64,000 bases of DNA. Source: Bryobacterales bacterium (GTDB lineage Bacteria > Acidobacteriota > Terriglobia > Bryobacterales > Bryobacteraceae). Under the pieces are notes generated by a model. The model saw nothing but the letters and a program-made list of their open reading frames with translations. It was not told the origin of the DNA and searched no databases. The DNA is taken from contig CAWJGZ010000001.1 of NCBI GenBank assembly GCA_963842505.1, positions 2,025,919-2,089,918 of the forward strand. The letters are read 5' to 3'. Of this stretch, positions 27,122-36,888 are shown piece after piece (within the stretch, counting starts at the first letter, position 1; the number at the start of each line of letters is the position of its first letter). Both the position numbers and the translations under genes were made by a program.

Positions 27122-28921
27122 TTACCGCTCCAGAAACAGCAAGAAATGCTCGAGCGGAATCGGCGGCCCAATTCCGCCATACCGCGCCACCTTGTCCGCA
27201 AAACCGGCGCAATCCGGACAGAATACCGCGCACACCCGCGGACGGATCGCCGGGTAATAACGCGCCGAAGCATTCTCCACGCCGGTATGCACAAAGCGTA
27301 CATTCGGGTTGCGCTCCAGCAGCAACGCCTGGAACGGATATTCCAATTGGTTGCGGCTGATGTCGATCCCGACCGTCCGGCAACCGGAACGCGCCGTGAG
27401 ATCGATGGCCGGCAAGTACGACGCGCGATTGTCCCACTGTGTCATGTCGGCGAAGTAGTTGTCCTGCCGTGAGGTAATAAATAGGTTGCGCGGGCCGTGG
27501 AGGGGCCGCGTCCAGTTTTCGAATAGCGCGGCGCGCGTGTTATTGACCAGCAAGAAGCACAGCGCAATGGCCAGGATGTTCGGCCGCATTTCCTCCAGCA
27601 AACACGCGGCCAGCGGCGCACCCAGAACGAACAGGGGCATCTCCAGCCGTGACAGATGCTCCTGCCATTTCAGGTAGAAACAGAAAAGCAGGAAGGCCGT
27701 CAGCAGCGCCGCGGCATAAAGCACCCAGTTGCGCTTGCGCGTGACCACGGCGAAGATCGTGGCCGCGGCCAACACCAGCAGGTGCCAGCGATTGTTGGCG
27801 TCCGCCTCGTGGTTCTTGGCGTTGTGCGGCGGCACGTAGCGGGTGTCGCCGAATGTCGTGTCGCGGGCCTGCGGGTCCAGCCCCAACGCGTTGTGCAGGC
27901 GAATCACCGTGTGGAAGACTGCCTGGTTCCAACTGGCGCTGCGGGCGCCGAATTGTTCGGATGCGTTGCGCAGCGCGTTCGAGACAGTCGATTTCCATCC
28001 CGGGTGGTCGTTCCGCCAGCGGAGCACGGCTTCGCCCGAGGCCGAATCGTAGCCCAGCGGCGAACCGGCCAGTTGCAAATTGCGTAAATACTGTGGAGTA
28101 TTGATGAGCAACACGCCGGCGGCCAGGAAACCGCCCATCCGCAGCATGCTCCCCCGCGTCATCCTACCCAGCTCAGGCGACCCGTACAGCATCAGCATCG
28201 CCAGCATCGGCGGTGCGAGAAGATACGCCGTGGCTTTGGTGGCGAGCGCCAGCCCCAAGGCCAGCCCTGCAAACGGCGCGTTGCGGCGTGCCGCAAAATA
28301 CACCAGGCATACCAGCCATAGCGCCAGCAGCGAATCGTTCTTCGCGCCGGAGGCTTGCAGAATTGCGTTCGGCAGAGTCGCCGAGAACAGCGCGGCAAAT
28401 GCCTGCCCCTTGCTGCTCAGGCCCAGCGCGCCGGCCAGCGCGGAGACTGCCACAATGCTGCCCAGGAACGCGCCGAAGGCCACCAGGTTGATGAAGTGGT
28501 CGCCGCCCGAGAGCACGTACGTGTGCAGCATGATGTATTCGGCTAACGGCTGCAAACTGATCTGGTTGAAGTACGGCGTCGGGAAAAACGCCACGCTGCC
28601 GGCTTGCGTCCAGTAGACCACCCGCGGCATGTGGTACGCCATCGCGTCGGCGCTGTTGGGCGGGCTCAGAACCGCCGTGAGCCCGACCGCTGCCGCGATC
28701 GCCGCAATCACCGCAGCGATCGCGGCCTCGAGCGGCCGGATCGTCACACGCCTCAGCCCAGGTCTGCACCGCCATAGCCACACCGCCGCGCCAATCCCGG
28801 CCGCCGTCCAAGCCAATGCCAGCGGCAGACGCCGCAGCAGATGAAACGGACTCAGCAGTTCCGTGAGGGCAACCGCAATTCCGCCGAACAGCACCAGCGC
28901 TCGCAGCAGAGAATCTCGCAA
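27122..28921 (-). CDS. ArnT/PMT-like polytopic membrane glycosyltransferase (GT39/GT83-like)
   Basis: 599 aa. The N-terminal two-thirds carries more than 10 predicted TM helices, with an early loop SADAMAYHMPRVVYW and the pattern NDSLLALWLV...ALATKATAYL typical of PMT_2-type enzymes. The C-terminal domain is soluble. The family call is moderate. Confidence 0.6.
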   Translation of the reverse strand: MRDSLLRALVLFGGIAVALTELLSPFHLLRRLPLALAWTAAGIGAAVWLWRCRPGLRRVTIRPLEAAIAAVIAAIAAAVGLTAVLSPPNSADAMAYHMPRVVYWTQAGSVAFFPTPYFNQISLQPLAEYIMLHTYVLSGGDHFINLVAFGAFLGSIVAVSALAGALGLSSKGQAFAALFSATLPNAILQASGAKNDSLLALWLVCLVYFAARRNAPFAGLALGLALATKATAYLLAPPMLAMLMLYGSPELGRMTRGSMLRMGGFLAAGVLLINTPQYLRNLQLAGSPLGYDSASGEAVLRWRNDHPGWKSTVSNALRNASEQFGARSASWNQAVFHTVIRLHNALGLDPQARDTTFGDTRYVPPHNAKNHEADANNRWHLLVLAAATIFAVVTRKRNWVLYAAALLTAFLLFCFYLKWQEHLSRLEMPLFVLGAPLAACLLEEMRPNILAIALCFLLVNNTRAALFENWTRPLHGPRNLFITSRQDNYFADMTQWDNRASYLPAIDLTARSGCRTVGIDISRNQLEYPFQALLLERNPNVRFVHTGVENASARYYPAIRPRVCAVFCPDCAGFADKVARYGGIGPPIPLEHFLLFLER

Positions 28922-29027
28922 ACGTCATTCTATCCAGTCCACCGCGGAGAAGATTCATCGCGCCGCTCCGTTGGTTTTCGCAACGGTTTGGGCCACCGCG
29001 CCGCCTGACATTTTTTGCGGCCGCCGC

Positions 29028-29056
29028 TTGCAAAACCTCATTCGGGTGTAATATAT
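29028..29056 (+). promoter_or_regulatory. candidate sigma70-like promoter upstream of the Rieske/cytochrome b operon
   Basis: TTGCAA (29028..29033) is followed after 15-17 nt by TAATAT/ATATAT (29049..29056), in the 369-bp divergent intergenic region. If used, it implies a ~235-nt leader. Sequence pattern only. Confidence 0.3.
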
Positions 29057-29290
29057 TCACTAAGCAAATTGTTACTTAGAGCGGATGCCGATGCGAGGAT
29101 AGACTTGAGGGTTTAGGCTCGCTACTTCAGGACCAGTTCCCGGGCTAGTCATTCCCAGTAATCGGGTGTGGTTCGAAAGAGCCTGATTTTTGTCAGGTCC
29201 CGCATGCGGTGGACGTTTCTGGGCTGTTCTGTGTAGAACTCAGAGGGACAACGGCTGGCGGGTGCTACCCGATCCGGCCATGGGGACAAG

Positions 29291-29890
29291 ATGGCGAAGT
29301 CAACGTTTGAGCCTCCCGGCGCGCCCGGCCAGAATCCTGCGCCCAAGCCTTCCCTGGTGCAGGCGCTTCGATCGATTTTTTCCAAAACCGAAGACCCCGA
29401 TGAATCCAGGATCATTGCCCGCCGCCGCCGTTTTGTGATGGCGGCCGTGCTGGGCACGTTGGGCGTCAATCTCCTGATGTTCCTGCGCTTCTTTTTCCCG
29501 CGCGCGCTCTACGAACCCAAGACCAAATTCACCATCGGTTACCCGGCGGATTTCGGTTTCGGCGTCGACACCAAATTTCAAAAAGATTTCCGGATTTGGG
29601 TGGTGCGCAACACCGAGGGCATCTTCGTGATTTCGGCCATCTGCACCCACCTGGGCTGCACGCCCGACTGGAAGCCCAGCGAGAACAAGTTCAAGTGCCC
29701 ATGCCATGGCAGCGGCTACGACCCCGAAGGCGTCAACTTCGAGGGGCCGGCGCCGCGTCCCATGGATCGCGCGCACGTCGAGTTGAATCCCGAAGGGCAG
29801 ATTGTGGTCGATCTGAGCCACCTCTACTCGTGGCCCAAGGGCGAGCGTTCGCAGTTCGGCGATCCGGGCGCCATCCTCCGGAACGTGTGA
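29291..29890 (+). CDS. Rieske [2Fe-2S] subunit of a cytochrome bc/b6f-type complex
   Basis: 199 aa with an N-terminal TM helix. Contains CTHLGC (box I) and CPCHGS (box II). Confidence 0.9.
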   Translation: MAKSTFEPPGAPGQNPAPKPSLVQALRSIFSKTEDPDESRIIARRRRFVMAAVLGTLGVNLLMFLRFFFPRALYEPKTKFTIGYPADFGFGVDTKFQKDFRIWVVRNTEGIFVISAICTHLGCTPDWKPSENKFKCPCHGSGYDPEGVNFEGPAPRPMDRAHVELNPEGQIVVDLSHLYSWPKGERSQFGDPGAILRNV

Positions 29891-29900
29891 GGTTTGAACC

Positions 29901-30851
29901 ATGGCAGACTCCAACGGACACCAAGAAAAACCCGTAGACACGGGCAGTCCCGCTAATGGCGGCGGCAACGGCTCCGGCAATGGCGGCGGCGCCATAGCCA
30001 AAGCGCTGGCCAACGCCAAGGCCGTCCAGGCGCGCGCCACCGAGGAACTGAAGGAGACCATCAAGGCGCCCGAGAAGACCGACGTCTGGAAGTCCGTCCT
30101 GCGCGTCAAGCACGACGAAACACCGCGCAGCCGCGCCCTCGGCGTGCTCTCTAACGTCTTTTTGCACTTGCACCCCGCCAAGATCAACCGTGACGCGGTG
30201 GCTTACAACTACACCTGGGGCATGGGCGGCATGACCTTCTATGTCTACATCACGCTGGTTTTCACCGGCACCCTCTTGATGTTCTATTACCATCCGTCGA
30301 AGGTTGTGGCCTTCCGCGACATCCTTTACCTGGAGAGCGACGTCCCGTTCGGAAAGCTGCTGCGCAACATGCACCGCTGGGGTGCCCACCTGATGGTCAT
30401 CATGGTGGAGCTGCACATGTTCCGCGTCTTCCTCACCGGCTCTTATAAGAAGCCGCGGGAATTCAACTGGGTGGTGGGTGTGCTGCTGCTCGTTTTGACC
30501 CTGCTGCTGAGTTTCACCGGGTATTTGCTGCCGGACGACCAGTTGGGGTTCTGGGCGGTCACCGTGGGAACCAACATGGCCCGCGCCACACCGCTGCTGG
30601 GCCACGCCGGACCGTTCGGCCCGCAACTCGGCATGACCCCGTTCAACGACGTGCGTTTCGGCTTGTTAGGCGGATCGATTGTGGATTCGAATGCGCTGCT
30701 GCGCGCCTATATCTGGCACTGCGTGGCGATTCCCATCCTGGCCTCGGCGTTTATGGTGGTGCATTTCTGGCGTGTACGCAAAGACGGCGGCATTTCAGGC
30801 CCGGCCCCGATGGTGCTCGAAAACGAAATCAAGGATGTGAAAAAGATATGA
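29901..30851 (+). CDS. cytochrome b, N-terminal (b6-like) subunit
   Basis: 316 aa. Contains [33 protein letters not shown] and YIWHCVAIP, conserved cytochrome b/b6 heme-ligand helices. There is a Gly/Asn-rich N-terminal extension. Confidence 0.9.
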   Translation: MADSNGHQEKPVDTGSPANGGGNGSGNGGGAIAKALANAKAVQARATEELKETIKAPEKTDVWKSVLRVKHDETPRSRALGVLSNVFLHLHPAKINRDAVAYNYTWGMGGMTFYVYITLVFTGTLLMFYYHPSKVVAFRDILYLESDVPFGKLLRNMHRWGAHLMVIMVELHMFRVFLTGSYKKPREFNWVVGVLLLVLTLLLSFTGYLLPDDQLGFWAVTVGTNMARATPLLGHAGPFGPQLGMTPFNDVRFGLLGGSIVDSNALLRAYIWHCVAIPILASAFMVVHFWRVRKDGGISGPAPMVLENEIKDVKKI

Positions 30852-30856
30852 AAGAA

Positions 30857-30935
30857 GGAGTCAGGAGCCAGAAGACAGAAGTCAGAATCTCCGGCGCGTT
30901 CCGTATTCTGGCTCCTGACTTCTGACTCCTGACTT
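30857..30935. repeat. long imperfect inverted repeat (stem-loop) between the two cytochrome b genes
   Basis: GTCAGGAGCCAGAAGACAGAAGTCAGAAT pairs with ATTCTGGCTCCTGACTTCTGACTCCTGAC (25/29 complementary) around a 16-nt loop. Built from reiterated GTCAGRAG words. Confidence 0.8.
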
Positions 30936-30950
30936 CCCAGAGGTTCTCCT

Positions 30951-31886
30951 ATGGACTTTCATCAGCTATGGACGATTGTCAGCACGCCGGATAATGTTCC
31001 GATCGTACTGCTGCTTTTCCTGGTTCCTTTCTATACCTGGTATGGGCTGCGGCAGGCTTTCGCCAATGACCGGCTGATCGCGCAGCTCGAAGCCAGCCCC
31101 GAAATGGCCAAGACCCACCATCGCAAGACTCAGCCCTATAGAGCCGGCTGGGCCAGGGAAGTGAACGTCTGGCCCTACCTGCTGCGCATCGAATTCCTGG
31201 CCGCCATCATCGTCACCGTCATCCTGATGGTCTGGTCCATCACCCTCAACGCGCCGCTTGAAGAGCCGTCCAATCCCACCCTCACCATGAACCCGTCCAA
31301 AGCGCCCTGGTATTTCCTGGGGCTGCAGGAAATGTTGGTCTACTTCGACCCCTGGATGGCCGGCGTGGTGATGCCCTCGCTGATCATCGTGGGGTTGATG
31401 GTCATACCTTATATAGATACCAACCCGCTCGGCAACGGCTATTACACCTTCAGACAGCGTAAGTTCTCGATCCTGACGTTTATCTTCGGCTTTATCGTGT
31501 TATGGGTCTCCATGATCGTCATCGGCACGTTGATCCGCGGGCCCGGATGGATGTGGTTCTGGCCGGGCACCACCTGGGACCACAACCGGCTCATCTTCGA
31601 AGTCAATCGCGACCTGCCGGATATCTTCGGGATTACCACGCGCGTGCCGAAAATCATCTTCGGCGCCATGGTCGTCGGACTCTATATTTTGGCCGCCGGC
31701 ATTGGCATCCATAAGCTCATCACCAAGACCGCATTCAATCGCAAGATCTACGCCCGCATGAGCGTGCTGCAGTATGTGGTGATGCAGACATTCCTGATTA
31801 TCATGCTGGCGCTGCCGGTGAAGATTCTGGCGCGGCTTATGTTCCGCATTAAGTACATCTGGGTGACTCCCTGGTTCAACATATGA
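30951..31886 (+). CDS. cytochrome b C-terminal / subunit-IV-like protein with extra TM helices
   Basis: 311 aa. Contains PSKAPWYFLGLQEML (a PEWY-type Qo-site motif variant). Several additional C-terminal TM segments. Confidence 0.8.
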   Translation: MDFHQLWTIVSTPDNVPIVLLLFLVPFYTWYGLRQAFANDRLIAQLEASPEMAKTHHRKTQPYRAGWAREVNVWPYLLRIEFLAAIIVTVILMVWSITLNAPLEEPSNPTLTMNPSKAPWYFLGLQEMLVYFDPWMAGVVMPSLIIVGLMVIPYIDTNPLGNGYYTFRQRKFSILTFIFGFIVLWVSMIVIGTLIRGPGWMWFWPGTTWDHNRLIFEVNRDLPDIFGITTRVPKIIFGAMVVGLYILAAGIGIHKLITKTAFNRKIYARMSVLQYVVMQTFLIIMLALPVKILARLMFRIKYIWVTPWFNI

Positions 31887-34800
31887 GCGATCAAGAAAAG
31901 GATCCGGTAGTCCATTCCTCATTGAGCAGGGCCTTGGTCATCTGGTCGGCGCTGCTGGTGTTGTCGATGGTCTGGGGACTGTACGACGAGATGTACGGCA
32001 TCCGTCCGTGGAAGGGCTACCAGGCGAAGTTTGAGAAGCTGTATCACCATTACGTGTCTACCGCCCGGTTGAGCGAGGCGGATCGAGAGAAACAGATTCG
32101 CTCCCAGCCGGAATACAAGATGCTGGACCGCGACACCCAGGCCGCTGAAAAGGCCGCCCTGCCGGAAGCTGCCGCCATCGATGCGGAAGTCAACGGAAGT
32201 CTCGTTCCCAGGATTCTGGCGCTCAACGATCCTTTTCAGGAAGTGCGCAGCCACATCGGCGCGCTCACCTACCAGATCGAAGTTTCGAAAAGCGAGAGCA
32301 CCAAGGACTCCTTGCGCAAGCAGATTGCGGAGTTGCGAGCCGAAGTCCACAAGATCGCGCTGCCGGGCGAAAAGGAAAAGCGCTCCATGACCTTCCCCCA
32401 CATGGAAGAGCAGCTTGCCGAATGGAAGGCTCGCAAGGCGGAGCTGCTGCAGCGGCGGGTGGATGTGATGAAGCGCGCCACTGACCTGCGGGCGCAGCGC
32501 GACAAGTACCTGAGCGACCGCATCTCCGACGCCAGCCTCGATACTCTCAACTCGGTGGAGAATTCGCTGGCCAAGTTTGATATCCGGATCCGCCAGATTC
32601 ATATCAAGGACATCGACCTGGTGGACCGCTGCGAATCGTGCCACCTGGGAATCCGCGAGCCGGTACGCCTGACGGCTGCCAGCATGGGTGGCGAAGCAGT
32701 TTTCACCAGCCATCCCGGCAAGGAGCTGCTCAAGATCCACGATCCCGAGAGATTCGGCTGCTCCCCCTGCCACGGCGGCAACGGCGTGGCGCTTTCCAGC
32801 GTGGAGAAGGCACACGGCTATAACAAGTACTGGCTGTGGCCTATGCACCACAAGGAGAACATCGAGGCGGGCTGTCAGCAGTGCCACGTGAAAGAAATTG
32901 TCACGGAGACGGCGGACACTTTGAATGCCGGGCGTGAGATCTTCCGCTTGCGCGGTTGCACGGCTTGCCACCGCTATGAAGGCTTCGACCGCGAAGGCGA
33001 CGAAATCGCCTCCGTCAACCAGCAGATCAAACAGGACGAGCAGCAGAAAGCCGAGTGGCAGCGCGAAGCCGGGTTCGCCGAGCAGGCCGCCAACAATCCC
33101 AGGACCAGCAACGCCGAGGCCCAGAAGCTCTATGCTCACGCCAACGATTTGAAAGTGCGTTCGAGCGGCATAGACGCACAGATCGAGCAGCTCGACATGC
33201 GCGCCCAGAGCCTGGTTCGCGAAGTCAAAAAGATCGGGCCCAGCCTGAAGGAAGTGCGTATGAAGCTGCGCAAGGAATGGATTCCGGAATGGCTCAAGGA
33301 TCCGCATGCCTGGCGCGAGGGCACCAAGATGCCCACGTTCCGTCTGGACCAGGACGAAATCCGCGCAATTGCGGCTTTCATCTGGCAATCCGGCGTGTCG
33401 GGAGATCTGCCTTCCGAGAAGCCCGGCGATCCCGAAAAGGGCAGGGAAGCCTTCGAAACCCGCGGCTGCATGGCCTGCCACTCCATGGGCGAGGGCGGCC
33501 AGAAGCAAGGCGGCACGTTTGCCGCCAACCTCAGCCGCGAAGGCGAAAAGGCCAACTACGATTACCTGGTCCGCTGGGTGCACAATCCCCGCCAGCGCAC
33601 CGCGCCCTATTGCCCCTACGAGAAAAAAGACCTGACCGCCGCGGATTATCAAAAGCACGGCCTGCCCTACGTATTCGACCTGGCTCACGACAAATGCCCT
33701 AACGACGGCCATGAGCTGCAAGTCCAGCAGATGACCCCGATGCCCAGCTTGCGCCTCACCGAGGACGAAGCCCGGGATATCGCCAGCTATCTGATGACCC
33801 GCAAGCATCCCAACGCGGCCTACACCGACGCTTCCTTCATGGACGATCCCGCCCTGAAGAACAAGGGCCTGGCCGCCGTGCGCAATTACGGCTGCGCCGG
33901 CTGCCATGAGATCGCCGGCCTGGAGGACGAGCAGCGCATTGGCACCGAACTCACCAAAGAAGGATCGAAACCCATCGAGCGCCTCGATTTCGCGCTGCTC
34001 ACCCGTAAGGCCGAAGAAGAAGGCTGGATGACCCACAAAGGCTTCTTCGAGCACAAGCTGGCCGACCCGGCAATCTACGATCAGGGCAAGGAGAAAGCCA
34101 GGCAGGATCGGCTCAAGATGCCGAATTTCAACTTCTCCAAGCCGGAGATCGACGCCGTAACCACGCTGCTCGAAGGCTCCGTGGATGCCAGTGTGCCGCC
34201 TCGCTATTTCTACACCCCGGCCGATCAGCGTCAGGACATCATCGAAGGTTGGTGGGTGGTCCGCAAGTATAACTGTATGGGCTGCCACAAGGTCCATGTG
34301 GGCCAGACCACCGTGTTCGACGGCATGGCCAAGTATCAGGACCCCGACTGGCGAGACCAGAAACCGCCCACGCTGATCGGCGAAGGCGCGCGTGTCAATC
34401 CGGAATGGCTGATGCACTTCCTCAACAACCCGGCTCTCAGCGAAACCGATACCAATCGGGACGGCGTGCGCCAATACCTGCGTGCGCGCATGCCCACCTT
34501 CAGCTTCTCCGACGGCGAGATTCGCAAGATTGTGCGCTTCTTCGAGGCGCTCTCTTCGCAGGCGCAGCCGTTCATTCCGGATAAGCTGGACCCGCTCACC
34601 GACCAGGAGCGCACCATGGCGCGGCAACTCTTCTCCAGCGAAGGCGCGCCCTGCCTGAAGTGCCACATGACCGGCGACCCGGCCCACGATGTGAAAGCCA
34701 CCGCGCCCAATTTCACGGTGGCCAAAGATCGCCTGAAGCCCGGTTGGGTGAAGCGCTGGATTCTGGATCCGGCGCTGATGAGTCCGGGCACGGCCATGCC

Positions 34801-34966
34801 TTCCGGCCTCTTCCGCAAAGAGGACGACCACTATGTTTTCAACGGCCCGTTGCCGGCCAGTTTCAACGGATATCAGAAGGACCAGGCTGACCTGCTGGTA
34901 CGCTACATGTTCCAGTTCACGCCGGAAGAACTAAGCCGGTTGAGGTCCAGCGCGTCGGGTAAGTAA
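31883..34966 (+). CDS. membrane-anchored octaheme c-type cytochrome (1027 aa)
   Basis: Eight CxxCH motifs: CESCH, CSPCH, CQQCH, CTACH, CMACH, CAGCH, CMGCH and CLKCH. There is an N-terminal TM helix and a ~200-aa helical, charged region before the first heme motif. Its start overlaps the previous stop by 4 nt. Confidence 0.85.
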   Translation: MSDQEKDPVVHSSLSRALVIWSALLVLSMVWGLYDEMYGIRPWKGYQAKFEKLYHHYVSTARLSEADREKQIRSQPEYKMLDRDTQAAEKAALPEAAAIDAEVNGSLVPRILALNDPFQEVRSHIGALTYQIEVSKSESTKDSLRKQIAELRAEVHKIALPGEKEKRSMTFPHMEEQLAEWKARKAELLQRRVDVMKRATDLRAQRDKYLSDRISDASLDTLNSVENSLAKFDIRIRQIHIKDIDLVDRCESCHLGIREPVRLTAASMGGEAVFTSHPGKELLKIHDPERFGCSPCHGGNGVALSSVEKAHGYNKYWLWPMHHKENIEAGCQQCHVKEIVTETADTLNAGREIFRLRGCTACHRYEGFDREGDEIASVNQQIKQDEQQKAEWQREAGFAEQAANNPRTSNAEAQKLYAHANDLKVRSSGIDAQIEQLDMRAQSLVREVKKIGPSLKEVRMKLRKEWIPEWLKDPHAWREGTKMPTFRLDQDEIRAIAAFIWQSGVSGDLPSEKPGDPEKGREAFETRGCMACHSMGEGGQKQGGTFAANLSREGEKANYDYLVRWVHNPRQRTAPYCPYEKKDLTAADYQKHGLPYVFDLAHDKCPNDGHELQVQQMTPMPSLRLTEDEARDIASYLMTRKHPNAAYTDASFMDDPALKNKGLAAVRNYGCAGCHEIAGLEDEQRIGTELTKEGSKPIERLDFALLTRKAEEEGWMTHKGFFEHKLADPAIYDQGKEKARQDRLKMPNFNFSKPEIDAVTTLLEGSVDASVPPRYFYTPADQRQDIIEGWWVVRKYNCMGCHKVHVGQTTVFDGMAKYQDPDWRDQKPPTLIGEGARVNPEWLMHFLNNPALSETDTNRDGVRQYLRARMPTFSFSDGEIRKIVRFFEALSSQAQPFIPDKLDPLTDQERTMARQLFSSEGAPCLKCHMTGDPAHDVKATAPNFTVAKDRLKPGWVKRWILDPALMSPGTAMPSGLFRKEDDHYVFNGPLPASFNGYQKDQADLLVRYMFQFTPEELSRLRSSASGK

Positions 34967-35008
34967 GCAAGCATGAAGATAAGTTCGAAATAAGGAGGCT
35001 CTTTGAGC

Positions 35009-35785
35009 ATGAAGAAGATTTGGATCGCAGTTGGAGTGGTGACTGCTTTGACGCTCGCGGGCTGCGGCGGGGGAGAGAAAACGCAAACCAAACAGGCGGA
35101 GACCGCTGCCCCAGCCGGCGGTTCCACTCCTGATTTAACAAACGGCGCCACCATCACCGGCAAGGTGATTTTCCAGGGCGCCAAGCCGGTGATGAAGACC
35201 ATCGACATGTCGGCGAACCCGACCTGTATGAATGCCCACAAAGGCGCGCCCCAGAAATCCGAAGAAGTCGTGGTCAACGACAACGGTACAGTCAAGTACG
35301 CCTTCGTCTGGGTAAAATCGGGGCTGCCGGATTCAACTACCTGGCAGGTTCCCGCCACCACCGTCGAGCTCAACCAGAGCGGCTGCATGTACCAGCCGCA
35401 CGTCATCGGAATCATGGCTGGGCAAAACATCGACATCAAGAATAGCGATCCCACCAATCACAACATCCATCCGATGCCTGCCGTCAACCAGGAATGGAAC
35501 GAATCGCAGCCGCCCGGCTCCGCGGATAAGATGCAGTCTTTCCCTCGCCAGGAAGTCATGGTTCCGGTAAAATGCCAGATCCATAATTGGATGCGTGCTT
35601 ACATCGGCGTGGTAAGCCACCCGTTCTACGCCGTCACCGGCGATGACGGCACTTTCGCCCTGAAGGGCCTGCCGCCCGGCACTTACACCATTCAGGTCTG
35701 GCAGGAAAAATACGGCACGCAGGAGCAGCAGATCATCGTGGGTGCGAAGGACAGCAAGACTCTCGACTTCACCATCAAGGGTTAA
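35009..35785 (+). CDS. cupredoxin-domain lipoprotein (putative type-1 blue copper protein)
   Basis: I prefer the ATG at 35009, which has AAGGAGG 10 nt upstream; the track starts at TTG 35003. Lipobox LTLAGC. Contains GQNIDIKNSDPTNHNIH (upstream His ligand region) and KCQIHNWM (C-x2-H-x2-M, amicyanin-like loop). The C-terminal GTFALKGLPPGTYTIQV is a CarboxypepD_reg-like strand pattern. Confidence 0.65.
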   Translation: MKKIWIAVGVVTALTLAGCGGGEKTQTKQAETAAPAGGSTPDLTNGATITGKVIFQGAKPVMKTIDMSANPTCMNAHKGAPQKSEEVVVNDNGTVKYAFVWVKSGLPDSTTWQVPATTVELNQSGCMYQPHVIGIMAGQNIDIKNSDPTNHNIHPMPAVNQEWNESQPPGSADKMQSFPRQEVMVPVKCQIHNWMRAYIGVVSHPFYAVTGDDGTFALKGLPPGTYTIQVWQEKYGTQEQQIIVGAKDSKTLDFTIKG

Positions 35786-35789
35786 TCAA

Positions 35790-35821
35790 GTGGGGCAGGC
35801 TTTCCGAGAAGCCTGCCCCAC
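35790..35821 (+). terminator. hairpin GTGGGGCAGGC-N10-GCCTGCCCCAC after the cupredoxin gene
   Basis: Perfect 11-bp stem beginning 5 nt after the stop. No U-tract. Confidence 0.5.
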
Positions 35822-36009
35822 TCCCGGCTCGCTGGTACTCGGAGCGGCTATCGGCCTGGCGATGATCGTATCCTCAAGCGTTGAAAACTTCCACGCCCAA
35901 ATGGCCCACGCCGCCGAAGCTTGCTTCGTTGCCCGCGCATCTGATGGGGTATACTGACACGATAAAGACGCGGTCCATACCGGGCCCGCGGAGGGATGGC
36001 TGTCGCCGG

Positions 36010-36888
36010 ATGCGCGATTACATAGCACTCACAAAACCGCGAATTACCTGGCTCATTCTCATGAGCACGGGCATCGGCTATTTTTTCGGGTTGCCCGGCG
36101 CGCCGAACTGGCTCGGCTTTCTCCAGACCGTTCCCTTCTGGCCGCTCGTTCACACCATCATCGGAACTGGCCTGATCGCCTCCGGCACCGCCGCGCTCAA
36201 CCAGTGGTACGAACGCGAGGCCGATCGCCACATGCGCCGCACTTCCGCGCGCCCGCTACCCTCCGGCCGCATCTCCGCGCCGCACGCCCTGGCCTATGGC
36301 GCCGCGCTTTCCGTCGCCGGCTTCTTCGAACTCTGGCTCGGCGTCAACCTGCTCGCGGCCTCCATCGGCGCCTTCACCCTGGCCAGCTATCTGTTCCTTT
36401 ACACACCCCTCAAGCAGCGCACCTGGTGGTCCACCACCATCGGCGCTATCCCTGGCGCCATGCCGCCCATGATCGGTTTTGCCGCCGCCGCCGGCGCCAT
36501 CACCCGCGAATCCTGGGTGCTGTTCGCCATCCTCTTCCTCTGGCAGTTCCCGCACTTCTACTCCATCGCCTGGATGTACAAAGAGGACTACGCCCGCGCC
36601 GGCATCCGCATGCTCCCGGTGGTCGAGCCCGATTGCCGTTCCACCGCGCGCCAGATTGTGCTCTACGGCGTGGCGCTCATCCCCGTCAGCCTGATCCCCG
36701 GCATCCTCGGGATGTCCGGCCGCATCTATCTCATAGGAGCTTTCCTGTTGGGCCTTTGGTTCTTATATTCGGGTGTACGCGTCGCGCTCGAGCGCAGTCT
36801 CGCGCGGGCGCGCGGTGTGCTGATCACCTCGGTATTGTATCTTCCGCTCATCTATGGGCTCATGCTCCTGGATAGGCCCGGTCTGTGA
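36010..36888 (+). CDS. ctaB: protoheme IX farnesyltransferase (heme O synthase)
   Basis: Internal ATG at 36010 (MRDYIALTKPRITWL...). Contains ALNQWYEREADRHMRRT..RPLPSGR and FLWQFPHFYSIAWMYKEDY, hallmark UbiA-family CyoE/CtaB motifs. Confidence 0.9.
   Translation: MRDYIALTKPRITWLILMSTGIGYFFGLPGAPNWLGFLQTVPFWPLVHTIIGTGLIASGTAALNQWYEREADRHMRRTSARPLPSGRISAPHALAYGAALSVAGFFELWLGVNLLAASIGAFTLASYLFLYTPLKQRTWWSTTIGAIPGAMPPMIGFAAAAGAITRESWVLFAILFLWQFPHFYSIAWMYKEDYARAGIRMLPVVEPDCRSTARQIVLYGVALIPVSLIPGILGMSGRIYLIGAFLLGLWFLYSGVRVALERSLARARGVLITSVLYLPLIYGLMLLDRPGL

Noticed and set aside
31919-34831. 970-aa minus-strand ORF
   Set aside because: It is antisense to the octaheme cytochrome c gene, whose eight CxxCH motifs identify the true frame.
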